Shown here: piece by piece, positions 38,880 through 52,095 of the stretch | Numbering within the stretch: position 1 is the first letter of the stretch | Layout: each line of letters opens with the position of its first letter | Origin: Aplysia californica | Lineage: Eukaryota | Direction: 5' to 3' | Assembly (NCBI RefSeq): GCF_000002075.1 | Contig: NW_004797442.1 | Coordinates: 108,250 to 172,249 of the forward strand | Length of the DNA stretch: 64,000 bases | The notes under the pieces: model-generated | What the model was told of the DNA's origin: nothing | Databases searched by the model: none | The model's input: only the letters and a program-made list of their open reading frames with translations | Program-made: the position numbers and the translations under genes

Positions 38880-40070
38880 AGAAGGCAATGAAAGGAAAGT
38901 CAAAGTCAAAGAAGTCCAAGAACACTGCAAAAAAAACAGGCGCTGTGTGAACCCGATTAATGCCCATGAAAGGTTTTTATAAATGAAGTCGGAGACACTA
39001 AATGTTTGCCTGGAGACTGGAGAGTACCAGAATATTTGGCAGGCCATTTATTGACAACCACGGAAACTACAAGAAACATTACCAACGACCAAAGTTGAAC
39101 TTGTACAAAAACTGGAGGACGGGACATTTCAAAAACCGGATGGGATGATTGCAGCCGTGCAAAATGAAATCGTGCTCATTACGTTTGTCAAAAACATGAA
39201 CATTATTGACAACAGAAATGAGTTCTTTGGCGACGGTACCTTCAAATACAGCCCTGCATTCTATTACCAAGTTTACACCCTCCACACAGAGTGTCTAGTA
39301 CATTATGTGCCATTGTTCTACTGCCTTCTTCCAACAGAGTCAAGAGAGGTCTACATAAATACACATGTTATGCTACAAATTATCACAAGGGAACGCAAGA
39401 AGCATGATGAGGAGTTCAATCCAAGTTCGATCCACCTTGACTTTGAGTTGGCGACACATCAAGCTTTTAGAGACATATTCCCCACAATACAAGTCAAAGC
39501 ATGCGTTTTCCACCTGAGGCACAGCTGGCTAAGAAAAATAAATGAAGCAGGTCTAAAAAAATCATACAAAGACAAACAGTCAGAAATCAGCCAGTGGCTT
39601 ACAGTCGTTTTTGGAATGTGTTTTCTTTCCCCAAAAGAATAAATAGAAGATTATTTTGCCTTCCACGCTATGGCAAATGCGCAGAAAGACCAAAAAGTTG
39701 AAGATTTTGTGGACTACATTTTTTAAGTATACTGTGGACCATTGGTAACACTCCGTCACCAAACATATTCTTGTTCCTAAGAAAACTCAATGACCACCAG
39801 CAACTAACAAAGTTAAAACTGAACGCAATAAATTGCAAACAAACAGCCCCTATCAGACCAGCGAAAATTACAAAAAGAAAGAAATTAACCAAATTAACAT
39901 CGAAAAATACGTCAAGTACATGAGCTACAGGCTTTTTTAACAACTTTGGAGTTTTACAAAGATTAATCAAAGGCATCACCGTTTTATCTTCACTGTAGAC
40001 ACTGTCCGCTGTGACGCTTATTAAAAACAAATTTGGGATTTCACAACGACTCAGTAGCTGAGACATCAGA
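38880..40070 (+). pseudogene. Degraded MULE transposase
   Basis: DGTFK...QVYTLH...PLFYCLLP...DFE...CVFHL...W motifs in ORF 39145-39642. Stops and frameshifts on either side. Confidence 0.85.
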
Positions 40071-40449
40071 TTTTTATCCTCACTGTCATGTAATTATATA
40101 AACCCATCCTGCTCAAAGTCCTACTTCCAAAACATTCTTGTTCCCAAGAAAACTCAACGACCACCAACAACTAACAAAGATAAAACTGAAAGCTATAAAT
40201 TGCAAACAAACAGCCCCTATTGGAGCAATACAGAGCAAATCAACATTGAGAAATACATGTAGTACATGAGCTTCAAGCTTTTTTTAAAACAACTTTGGGT
40301 TTTTACAATGATTTTGTACCTGAGACATTACATATTCATCTTCTCTGCAATGTAATTATAAAAAAAACCATTCTGCTCAAAGTCCTACTTCCACTACTAC
40401 TACTACTACTGCTGCTACTACTACTACTCACAACGCACTAAACTGAATC

Positions 40450-41560
40450 TAGCTGTAAATGAATTCAATCTGCGGCGAAATGACCATTCTTATTTTCCAC
40501 AGGTACACGCTGTGACGTAATTGCAGCGAAACGTCAACCTCCCCTTTCCTTTTGTAGGTGTTCCAGTGACATGGAAGCCCAATGAACTGCTCTGTACCCA
40601 ACCAGGGGTCCTGACAGCTTGTCTTAGCTTGGCAATGTGTTTGTTTTTCTGTTTTTCTGTCAAGGCTACCCAAACGTTTCCTTGTAGTGTAGTTGCTTGT
40701 TCGCGGTATGTGAAGCCAGTTGAAACTCGCCGCGGCCAATGATGGCACTTACTACGTCCACTTGTTGAGCCTTGGTCATTGTTCTCAGCCTATTTATAAG
40801 GTCAGGGAGCTCTCTCGGTTTCCATTCAACCATATTCTTCAGCATATGGTTGAGAGACTATGTATTGTTGTTGGTCCACTGCGAGTCTTCTAGCTGGCCA
40901 TTCCAATTCAGCTTTAGCACATGTTCCAATATTTGTTGCGCTGTCCTCTTGAGATAGGGCGTGTCTTTTTCCGGCCACATTGTTATCAGGTTTAACCATT
41001 TTCACATCAAACGTGACCTTTTCTGATGAGTTTGAAAACCCGTCATCTCCAAAGAGTGGATTTATCAGTACGTTCCTCTGTCCGGAAGCAACGCCAACTT
41101 TATCCTTCAAAAGTCTGGCAAAGTTTTTCTTAAGATGGAGTGTGCACAATGCCAGGCTGGGGTTTGGAAAAGCACACTGAATTGCTCTTATGATTGACTT
41201 TTCATCGTCAGATCCAAACACCATGGGTGTTGTTGGGAAATGTCCAATCGTTGCCACTATGGTGGAAATAAAATGATACAACGTTTCGAAAGTCGAATGA
41301 GCATGCAAAAAGATCAGGCCGATCATGATAGGTGACTCATTGCAATTTCTACAAAGGAGTCCTGTGTGCTTATTAAAAAAATCATCGCCTTCACCAGCAG
41401 CTCTCCAAGATTGCATTCATATCAATGCCCAAGACAACTCTCGACCCAGAGCAAAGTTCCTGTATGTCAGCCAACTGCCCATCCAAAAACAACATGATGG
41501 AGGAAGACATTCATTTACTGATGACTCGAAAGTTTGTTTCTTACAAAATCTCCATGAGTT
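40450..41560 (-). pseudogene. Second degraded MULE-type transposase
   Basis: SDDEKSIIRAIQCAFP...LCTLHLKKN (D...CxxH) motif in ORF 40826-41416. Confidence 0.75.
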
Positions 41561-41891
41561 TTAACCATATAAGCAACCTGCAGAACTTGGTCTGCCAAGT
41601 TTGAACCTTGTTTTCCAAGTTCGCCCTCTTTTATTTTTTTCTGCCCGCTGCTTATATTTTAAATAATAAAAATTTAGATGGAAATGTCATAAAGTCATAC
41701 TTTATGCAAACTGTTGCCAACTGCCGCCGACCGTTGCCAACTATCGACCGTTGCCAACTATCAACTGTTGCCGACCGTTCAACCGACCCTAAAACAGTAC
41801 ACCTGAAAGTGGATCCAAAGGTAAAAATTTACCAAATAAACTTTTAAGAGCACAAGTACTAGCCAACAGAAACATCCATAATTTTTCTCAC

Positions 41892-41957
41892 CTGATGCAA
41901 AAAATTCACACGTTGATAAATTTCCTTGTGGATATATCGGGCAGCATCTTTTCCCAT
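41892..41957 (-). CDS. RPP21: Ribonuclease P protein subunit p21, coding exon 1: MGKDAARYIHKEIYQRVNFLHQ
   Basis: Matches the Rpp21/Rpr2 'xQRxNFLxQ' motif. In-frame upstream stop. CAG|GTGAGA donor, phase 0. Confidence 0.92.
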
Positions 41958-42954
41958 CTTGATTCTGAGTTTGGCCTGTTACTGCAGGGTTTTGAGCCAA
42001 AAAATCCCAATAACAAATGCTGCACTTGCCTGGCTCTTTCTACTGACAGACGACTGCTCTACACCTGTCACTGTTGTACACGGCACTGTGATGACACACA
42101 AGACACAAGATTGTGTTGACAAATTTGTTTAAAATCCCTGGATTACAAGATCTTTCTGAGAGTCTTTCTTGTACTTGTACACTCAATTCTATTAATAATA
42201 ATAATAATATTTAAATAATAATAATAATAGTATTTTAATAATAATAATAGTAACATTATAATAGACCTAGATCTAAAAAGAGGCAATAATAAGACAGGCC
42301 CTACCGAATAATCATAACGGAAAAGTTGTGTTTATATTTTAACCCCCTTAGCGTGATGAGCCATTCTCGTGGCCCAAGTGGCTGGATTGACTTTCCTTCA
42401 TGAATCTGGCAATTTCTAATGGTCGGCACTATTTCCCCTTTGGACTTCCTTTTCTTTGTTGAGCCGAAAAGGCGTGTCATAAGTTTTGAATGGAAGCTTT
42501 TGTCTTTGAAAGTAAACCTGTTGATGACGGGAAATACATTGGAAGAATCGCTCTGTTGCAGAAGCGACACTAGATTTAGATCTAGATCTAGTGATGATGT
42601 TGTTTCAAGTTTCAAGTGTTGTTTTTTAAATTTATTTGCATGAAGGAATGAAGGAAGAGACTAATATAAGGTGGTGGTGGTGTTGTTTGCAGTGGTTGAA
42701 AGGCTTAGAATAGAATCTAGACCTAGAAGATGGATAGTGGTCTGCGTGAGAGAGTCCAATGAATGTAGATCAGATCTAGATCTAGATCTAGATCTATTTA
42801 TATCACAATGAACTAGCAGGCTTGTCAACCTTCCTGATTTTTTAAGGAAATTCCCGAACTGCCATCATCGTTCCCGAACCTTTCCTGAAACGCCGGTTTT
42901 CCGAAAATCGTTGTTTTTGTGGTGTCAGTCTAGAATCTAGATATCTAGATCTAG

Positions 42955-43172
42955 GGGAGGACTTCCATAAGTAAGGTCAGTAAGGAGCCACCACTATGTC
43001 ATGAGACAGTTCAGAATTGAGGGCTAGGGGTAGGGGTAGATCTAGGGGTAGGGGTTGGGGTAGGGTTTGGGTTTGGGTTAAGGTTGTTAGGGTTTGGGTT
43101 AGGGTTAGGGTTAGGGTAGGCCTCTTCTTTATTGTGTTTGATGAGGTGGTAGCTCGTTACGGAAGTCCTTCC
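42955..43172. mobile_element. Small TIR element with a degenerate (TTAGGG)n core (43020-43118)
   Basis: GGAGGACTTCCATAA / TTACGGAAGTCCTTCC inverted ends around GGGTTA repeats. Confidence 0.6.
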
Positions 43173-43179
43173 AGCCTTC

Positions 43180-43260
43180 CAGATCTAGATCTAGATCTAG
43201 ATCTAGAATCTAGATCTAGAATATAGATCTAGATCTAGAATCTAGAGATATATATATCTA
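43180..43260. repeat. (TAGATC)n palindromic simple repeat; also at 8165-8225 and 42770-42797
   Basis: Direct reading. Confidence 0.9.
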
Positions 43261-43849
43261 CATCTTAGATCTGTATGAAATAAGGCTAGAAGTATGGCAG
43301 AAAAAACAACACTTTTACAACAAATTAGGCTATCGCTAATCTAGATTCTAGATTTAGATCAATTATAACCATAGAGTTATCTCCTTTTAATAATTAATAG
43401 TGTACATCTATGATTAGTCTTAGAACAACCTTCTTGCACAGACAACTCGAACACTGCACCTGCACGGCGAACGGTAGGCTACCAAAAAATAATACTTTCA
43501 ACTTTCAATAAAAATGAGTTCTGAGACAACAGGGCCGCAGACAGAGACTTCGTTTACTTTCATTTTAAACGAGCAGCATTTGGGCCACAGAATTCTGTGA
43601 TTTGGGCTAAGGTTAATTGGAATTTTTGCGAAATATTAAGTCAACAGTATGAATATTGTTATAAAAGTAGTGTTATTTCTTGTACACACATCATTTATTT
43701 CTTTAGCAGGTTCTAGACAAAAACACAAAAGATGATACGTAAACAGTTGTTGCTGCGTTATGGCTTTTGGTGTATACTGTCATGGCGACTTCTAGAGGTA
43801 GCTCGATGTCTGTGCAAAGGAGGATACGGTGCTGACCGTCCGTCGTTTC

Positions 43850-44525
43850 ATGCTGGCCTCCAGAGTTCATTATGCTTATCCATCATTATTCAGTGTACAC
43901 ATGAGTCTACCGGTCGAAGACGAAGACGTAAATATGCTGTCTTCCTCTCCTTACCCATCCACTGTTCATGAGTGGACAAAAGCAATTCGTCGCCCAACCT
44001 CTTATCGTGTGGGTAACGCACGGTTTCACCTAAAGCCCAAAGTTGTTTTATATGCAGTTTTGCTGTCAGTGTCTGTGTTAGTGCTCTTGTTTATGTTTAT
44101 GCCAAAAACGACCCCTATTGTGAAGTGCGATGCGGAGCAACAATTATCAAATTATGATCCCACATATCCACTAACAAATCCACAAAGAATAGCAGGCAGT
44201 ATCGTTTACACAATCGGTCTTATCACAGACCTTGACACCAACTCCAAAAGTAAAGAAAAGAAAAGTACATGGTTGAGTTATTATAGAAAAGGAAATTTGA
44301 CACTGTCGGAGAGTCGCACATATGTAAATGTAAAGCTTGGTTCTCCGAAAGTTCTTTTCTCCAACATCGCATCGGGGGACCGAGGTATGGAGCTGTCAGA
44401 ACTAGTGGTCTTCAATGGAAAACTCTACACTGTTGATGACCGCACTGGAATTGTTTATGAAGTTTCAGGCCAGCAAGTAATCCCATGGGTTATTTTGGCT
44501 GATGGAAATGGAAAGGCAAACAAAG
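43850..44525 (+). CDS. CANT1: Soluble calcium-activated nucleotidase 1 (apyrase), coding exon 1; start ATG uncertain (43850, 43901 or 43934)
   Basis: Signal-anchor TM segment, YDPTYPLT, DLDT, RGMELSEL, DDRTG and PWVILADGNG motifs. G|GTATGT donor. Exon acceptor TAGCAG ending at 43709. Confidence 0.95.
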
Positions 44526-44586
44526 GTATGTTGCTTTAAAGTTGAAAATCAGTGTAAATTATTTCGAAGTGGCTAGCCGTACTTAA

Positions 44587-45742
44587 CCTTTTGCCACTCG
44601 GAGGCGCCGATGTGCGCCGTCATCGCTAACCCCCGTAGTCGCCGATGTGCGCCGACACGCCCACTCGATTCACCCGTTTGCACTACTTTCGTTTCTACGT
44701 TGTCTCGCTTCCTGCGAGGTCGCACGAGATTGCCGAGCTTTTATAGCGAGAATCTAGAGTGGTTGCCCTTTACTGTCGTGTTTATTTGGTGAAAATCGAT
44801 CGAAGCACGCGAGAGCGGCGATTTTTTTAATTTCGTGCTTTTTAGAGACCTAAATCTAACTTTGTGTCGTGGATGAAATTTTGCGTCGCTACAGGCACTG
44901 TATACGATGGAGACACTTATAATTGGGATTTAAATGCCGATATCGTCGACCAAGGGGCTAGATCTAGTGCTTGTAGTACAAGTAGTCACTCGGACACTCA
45001 GTCGTGAAAGAGAGAGAGAGCGAGAACTATAGATATCTAATCTAGTAGGAGAGCGAACACGATGTCGCAGGTCTAGATCTAGGCTCTAGGGGGAGGGGAA
45101 CAACTATGATAGTGATGTTGATGGCGAGATCGTTGCTGGAGGTGATGATTTAGAAGACTGATGAAGAAGATAGGCCTAGCACCCACAGCACTTTAGCTAA
45201 ATCTAGATTCTAGATCTAGTACTACATACTTGCTGCACTACGACGTAAAAAAGGGAGGAGCAACACTGGGACTGTGGGCTCTGTCACAACAAATCCTTTA
45301 GAGCATGTTGTGATCAGGATACATGGTAAAAAGGGGTCGTGCCACTACTGTGTAAAGACCAGAAACTTTACAAAGCTAGGCAGAGGGAGTGAGACAGTGA
45401 CAGGATGCAATTTGGGCCAGGTTAGACCTTGCAAAAGGCTGTTCTGGGTAAAACATCATGAACTTCTGCGGGCAAAAAAAGCGGGTTGTGTCTTTTGGGG
45501 GGTTTTTTTCACTTCAGAATTTTTTTTTACCTAATACACAATGATTTTTCGTACACAACCATACATTTTCTTGTAGTTTATTCATTTATCTGTGCTCTGA
45601 CACCTAAACTGTAATTTTAGACTCATCCTCTGATTTTTAATGATTTTTAAAAATAATATAGTCATGCAGTCTAAGCCGAGTTAGGTCCCTTTTGCCAGAA
45701 TTTCAGCCTTGTTGGGCAGGGATAGCTCTGAGGGTGAAAGGG
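44587..45742 (+). mobile_element. piggyBac deletion derivative
   Basis: TTAA TSDs (44583-44586, 45743-45746) and CC...GG termini. ORF 45274-45534 resembles the transposase C-terminal Cys-rich domain (CHYC...ETVTGC...C...H). Confidence 0.85.
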
Positions 45743-46259
45743 TTAAGTACGGCTAGACTGCCAGTCTAGCCGTACTTAGATATCTAGGTTTGGCCCAATC
45801 GACTCAAGCCTGTTAAGTACACAGGTCTCATTAGATCTAGAGCCTATGTACGGCATACCGTCACCTTAGTGTTTTGTGATGACTATTTCCGGAAGTGAAC
45901 TTTTGTATTACCATAACTTCGGCTCTTTCCAAAACATCGACCCAAAATTTTGTTTCGTTGAGAGGCCAGCCTTTCCTGTAGGTGTGGGGTGAAGTCTTTA
46001 GTCAGATAATGTATAAAAAGAAGACCCTTAACCTAGACTTGACGCATGCCATGACATGTACCCCATACCGTCACGTGTCGGGGTTTCTGTCATGGCATGT
46101 ACCTCATACCGTCACCCACTACACCCCATACCAGCACCCCCAAATTGAAGCACAACTAGGCGTTTGAAAAGAGGAAAGAAGCAAAGACGAACTCCTTTTG
46201 TACAGTGGGCCTAAGACAGAACTAATGTTTATTGACATACTAAAAAGAACAACCACCAG

Positions 46260-46570
46260 AACATACTCACATACATCTTACTCACACATAGGTACATGAA
46301 TGTTTCATTTTTCTCTTCCACACATATCACAAACTCATATATGAACATCTTCCTCACACACAGGTACATGAATGCTTCATTTTACTCTTCCTCACATATC
46401 AAAACAAACTCACTTGAACATCTTAATCTTTTACTCACACACAAGTACTTGAATGCTTCATTTTACTCTTCCTCACATATCACAAACTCATATGAACATC
46501 TTCCTCACACACAGGTACATGAATGCTTCATTTTACTCTTCCCCACATATATCACAACAAACTCACTTGA
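46260..46570. repeat. ~70-bp degenerate minisatellite, resuming at 48072-48180 after the L2 insertion
   Basis: Repeated GAATGCTTCATTTTACTCTTCCTCACATATCACAAACTCA units on both sides of the LINE. Confidence 0.85.
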
Positions 46571-48071
46571 ACCAGATTCGTTTAAAATCGCTCTTGTAAA
46601 ACCTTTGCTAAAGAAGCAAAACTTAGATCAGAATGTTTTAAAGAACTATAGACCTGTTTCAAATCTACCTTTTTTGTCTAAAATCCTTGAAAAGGTTGTC
46701 CTCGAGCAGCTTCGTCATCACTTACAAAAAAACAATCTGTTAGAGCCATTCCAGTCTGCCTATCGAGCTAACCACAGCACAGAAACAGCACTTCTTGAAG
46801 TCATGAATGACATGCTTCCTGATTGTGATTCAGGAAAAGTTGTTTTGCTGAGTCTTTTAGATCTATCAGCAGCTTTTGATACAATTGACCATCACATTTT
46901 ATGAAGCGATTGGAAGTGTCTTTTGGATTATCCGGGACTGCCCTTAGCTGGTTTTCTTCTTACCTGTCAAATCGTTACCAATCTGTTTTTATTAAAGGGC
47001 TTAAAAGTCATCAGATCATGCTCTTAAGTATGGGGTCCCCCAGGGCTCAGTCCTCGGTCCAGTTTTGTTCACCATTTATACTCAACCACTTGTCAAGGAA
47101 ATAATTAAATATGACTTAAAATACCATTTCTATGCTGATGATACCCAAAGTTATGGTTCAACATTGTTTACCAACTTAGATGAACTTGTCCATCGTGCTG
47201 AAAATTGTATTGCCTTTGTGAATAACTGGATGAACAAAAATAAATAGATGTTAAATGATAATAAAACAGAAGTCATTCTGGCAGGCAATTCAATGTCTGT
47301 TAAAGAGGTTGACCATGATCACTTTAAAATTGGTAATGCAAAAATTTTATTTTCAAGAAAAGTTAAGAATCTTGGCATCTATTTTGATTCTAGTTTGTCA
47401 ATGTCGGCTGAGGTAAATCATCTGATCAGCTGCATGTATTTAGAAATAAGAAAAATTAGTAAAATGCGTCATCTGATCAATACCAAGTATACTGCTTTAC
47501 TAGTAACTAGCTTAATTTTATCTAAACTCGGTTATTGTAACTCCTTGTTATCAGGAATATCACTGGAGAAAGTTAAAAGACTTCAAACTGTCCAAAACAA
47601 TGCAGCACGTTGCATTGGCTTCCTGTTGAGAAAAGGATTGTGTACAAGTTGGCCACCATATGTCACAAATGTTTGAATGATAATGCACCATCATATTTAT
47701 CAAATCTTATAAGACTGTACATTCCAACTCGCAGTTTAAGGTCATCAGCTGACAAAAAGAAATTTATTTTACCATCTATGAAACTTAAAACAATGGGTGA
47801 AAGGGCATTTGAATACCAAGGCCCTAAGATCTGGAATGCTTTACCAAGTACGTTGAGAGAAATCAAATCTTTTGATTCATTCAAATGTCAGCTGAAGTCG
47901 TTTCTGTTTTTAAATTAATAAGATGAATATTTGGAATAATTTTCTTTAGTCAGAACACAATGTTTCATGTTACTGTTGTATGTTGTACTGTATTGTAAAG
48001 CGCTCAGAGCCTGTGTACTTTATTAGGGGTTGAGCGCTATATAAATGTCATTTATTATTATTATTATTATT
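46570..48071 (+). mobile_element. 5'-truncated L2/CR1-group LINE (frameshifted RT)
   Basis: [41 protein letters not shown] and FYADDTQ motifs. (TTA)n tail. Confidence 0.95.
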
Positions 48072-49211
48072 AACATCTTTTACTCACACACAAGTACTTG
48101 AATGCTTCATTTTACTCTTCCGCATGTATCACAACAAACTCACATGAACATCTTACTCGCATACATAGGCCTACATGAATTTCCCTGTTGTTTCTTCTTC
48201 TGCTTCCCTGCTCTCTGCTTCTCCAACTTCGTTAACTTTTCTCCTCTTTTCTCTTCTTCCTTCTCCACCCTTTTCTCTCCCTTTCTCTCTTCCTCTTTTC
48301 CACTTCTTCCTTTTTCTTTTCTTCTTCCAATTTCTTCGCCTCCTCCCATGCTTTGTACTTTGCCCGTAAGACATGTATGTAGGGGCCTTAGCCCGCTTCT
48401 CTGTGTTGAAACCTTAGATAGTTCCAGCTTGCTGGTATGGGCAGGTTGACGAACGAGGGGGCAGGAATGAGTTGATTTTACAAACAAAGTATTTTCTGTA
48501 TGCCCCCTCGTTCTCCTTAGGTTCGATTTTGTGCCAGTGGCAACGGCGGACCCAATGCATGTCTGATGCCATCCATCCAGTGGCAATGGCATGATCAATT
48601 AGACTGTCACGGACAAAGCTAAAGTGTTGTCCTGAAGCAGTTTTTGGGGGGCTTGGAGTGTCACCAGAGTTTCATCTTCCAATGGTCTCAATGCCTGCTC
48701 AGGTAGACAATAGACATAGTCCTGGTTATCCACAGGATCCCGAGCTGGGGTCGAAACCAAAGGTAGCTGAAACTCTGCTGCAGGATCCAGGAAGTCCTCA
48801 GAGGTACATTCGATCCCCGAGAATTCCAGACCTGTGGTCGAAAAGTCTAGGGCATCAACTGACCACTCACAACTAGAGACAAGGGCAGTTGGGGGAGGGC
48901 CAGCAAGTTTTTCTTCTGAATCAGAAGCAGTAGGAGCAGGAACAATATCACAACATGTGGAAACAGTGGCTGGAAGAACATCATCACAACATGTGTATAC
49001 ATTGGACAGAGGAACATCATCATCATCATTACATACAACGGGATAGAGTTTCCTTCATACAAATTTGTTTCAAACATTAAAAAAGAAAAATCTAAACTCG
49101 CTCATTTTCTAATGAATCCGTGTCTAAATAGATCTATCTAGATCTATATCAAATCGTAGAAACTAAAAAATCTAGAGTACTAAGATGCCATCCATAGTCC
49201 GTCAAGAAATA

Positions 49212-49343
49212 GGGTGACCTTATTTAGGCCTAAATAAACTAAACCCCCCTCCCTTACCTTATTTAGGCCACCTGTGGCCTAAATAAGCTAAACCCCCCTC
49301 CCTTACCTTATTTAGGCCATATGTGGCCTAAATAAGCACTCCC
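49212..49343. mobile_element. 132-bp mini-MULE, same family as 16902-20316
   Basis: 9-bp TSD CAAGAAATA. Termini match the long element. Confidence 0.88.
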
Positions 49344-51317
49344 CAAGAAATAACTATTTTTCAAGTCACGCACAACAATGTAAAAATACGGTGACGGTAT
49401 GGGGTATATCCATAAAAAAATTGTACCCCATATCGTCACCCCCCCTACGGGCCCCAATTGTTACAACAAAGAGCAGCGAATGGGTTTGTGGCGGTAACTA
49501 GACCCTTATAAACTGAATAACAATGCGAAACGAATCCTGCGGGTACTATTATAGAACCAATAGCTTATTTCCCAAGATGTATTGCGCATCTGCAAGCCGT
49601 AATGGCTGAACGTGGTTCTTACCTTTGGAGATGAAATGGATTATTTCTGCTCACACGTGTCTGATTCTGCTCAAAATTGTTGAACTTGAAAACAAAACAA
49701 TGTTGAACGGAATTGTTTAGCAGACGGCATTCCAGATTATCGTATAATTGTCTGGTTGTCCAATTTTAGGCCAAATGCTTGCCAAGTGACGGTATGACGT
49801 ACGTGACGGTATGCCGTACATAGGCTATAGATCTAGTAATTATTCAGGTTCAAATACATGCAAGTCAGTAAGGCACCTTTTGGTTTTGTCTGAAATACAA
49901 ATACTTTATGCATTGCAAACTAAAAATTTCATTTACAATTCAGCCATCAATATTAAGTACGGCTAGCCTGACAGTCTAGCCGTCCTTAAGTACGGCTAGC
50001 CTGGCTGTCTACCCATACTTAAATACGGCTAGACTGCCAGTCTAGCCGTACTTATCTTAGGCCCTATTAACATTAGAAAACAGGAGGTTTAAAATACATG
50101 CACTGTCATTAAGGCACCTGGTTTCGTCTCAAATACAAATACGTTAGGTACTGCACACTAAAAATGTATATTATTTACAATTCAGTAGGCCTATTTTTTG
50201 TAAATGGTCAGTCTAGCCATCATATTAAGAATAAGTACGGCTAGACTGCGAGTCTAGCCGTACTTAAGTACGGCTAGCCTCTTCCAAATTATTTTGGTGA
50301 TTTTGTAGTTTTGTTCATTAAAGTCCAAAGCTGAATGCCAGAGGCCCTGAATTGCCAGGTAATCATTGAGGAGTGAACTAAGTGTGAGACTAGAAGGAAA
50401 CAATAAAGCCAGAAAATCAAAATCCTAGCAAAGAATGGCCCTTTTTCGGCAGTTAATAAAAATATGGAGGTGGACGTTGGCCTGAAATTTACCATAATTT
50501 GATATTTTGCAGCTGCTCTTTGTGTTGCCCATTTGGTCATCAAGACTTCCAGATTTCTTCTCAGGATGTAAACAAATGGATCGTGTACTTTAACAAACGG
50601 AACTACAAAAATAACAATGCGTAAAAATCATCTCCCAATATTTCAAAAAGAAAAAACAGTAGAAATCCAGCTTGGACACATGTGTTGTACGTACGTTCAA
50701 ATTTTTATTTCAAGTTTTACAATTGTGTGCTTAAAGTTAATTAATGTGGGTGGTGGGCACATCTCACTCCACTATGTTGATTGTAGCTGTTATTTGATCT
50801 TTTACGTCATTGATATTTGCTTGAACTGAGTAAGATGATGGAGACATATTTGTGTGTTTACAAAAAAACAACTTACGGCTACCACATAACATTGTTATAA
50901 CAACTCATTTCGTTTTGTTGGAGTCCGAATCTGTTGTGGTCTTCAAAGTCCATGCATACATAGATTTTAGAACTTTCTTCACATCAAATACAGTATAACA
51001 TGGATAGATCTAACACAGAATACTCAAAATCACGCATCCGTCAACCTGTGCCTGCGGTCCCATTTTTTTTTTTCTTCTTTCTTTCTTTATCTTTGTAAGA
51101 AGACAAATATCGAACTAAAATATCGAGCTATCCGTGTAATAAATACTGTGTTTGTATGTAAAAAAAAGAATCTCTGATTTAGTCAACCAGGGTTCCGGGA
51201 GAACGAAAGATACATTTGTGTTATCGACATTTTAAACAAATTATACAACGGCAAACCAAAATAGGCCTATATGTAATTTCCTAGAGTCTAGTAAGTGTAA
51301 CCAAAAATTCTCTACTA

Positions 51318-52095
51318 CAGTAGTCTCCGCCTAAGATCCCAGTGCTCGGGAGCAAGGGAAATACGGGATCTTAGCCGACGAAATCAAGGAAGAATCTACA
51401 GTGACCCATGAACTGACGTGACCCCTGGGTAGGTTTATGACATGTCACATATGGCGAGTAAAGAGTGGTCAACCTTGATGACCAATCATAGTAGCATGGT
51501 GGCATGAGGCATGCCATAATATTATTATACCGTACACTCATAGGCATATCGTCTCGAGATCTTTAAATCTACGTTTATCCAGTTGCCCCCCCCCCCCCCC
51601 CCCCCTTTACCTGTCCAAAAATTGTAGCCTTCCATCTCTGATTGAGTCCTCCCTTCCTTTGTCGTTACATACCATTACGCTGTGACCACACCAATTAAAA
51701 TTCAGGCTGTCTCGCAAAATTCGGGAATAGAGAAAAACTGCCTTCAACTTCAATGGTCAGGGAAGAGTTCACAGTTCGATGTGATCCTGCCTGGAGCAAA
51801 CTTGTAGGCCCTACCCACCTAGCGAGTGAAGTAAGTTCAGGTGGCGAGCTCAGATGCGAGTGCGATGTTTGGGGAAAAGAAACGCCCATCGGTCAGGTCA
51901 CACCTCGGTGTGATCCCGTCTGGTGGGGATCATTGTACCGTTTCATGGAGTTTTACAACGCTTGTGATCACATTCATGAGAGTGGCCGATCTTTGACTCG
52001 ACGGGCAGTTCTTAAATCTCAACTTTTAACTCTTGGTTGATCAGCTCTGCCCGCTCGCGTGTTTGTTCCGTAAATTATGATCAGAAATGCCGGCA
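51318..52095. mobile_element. CAGTAGTCTCC-family MITE (3' truncated)
   Basis: Colinear with 22484-23260. Confidence 0.85.

Larger units (their letters stand above)
45841..49827. mobile_element. DNA transposon derivative with 24-bp TIRs
   Basis: AGCCTATGTACGGCATACCGTCAC / GTGACGGTATGCCGTACATAGGCT. TAGATCTA(G) 8-9-bp flanking duplication. Confidence 0.8.

Noticed and set aside
42301-42615. 104-aa minus-strand ORF upstream of RPP21
   Set aside because: No recognisable motif, non-ATG start, runs through TAGATC repeats. More likely promoter or 5' UTR.
43020-43118. True telomere or fusion site
   Set aside because: Short, degenerate, single orientation, enclosed by inverted ends between genes.
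48102-49077. Lys/Glu-rich and PHD-like (WHQTC) ORFs
   Set aside because: Low-complexity and fragmented, inside a TIR element. At most decayed transposon coding sequence; no family assignable.
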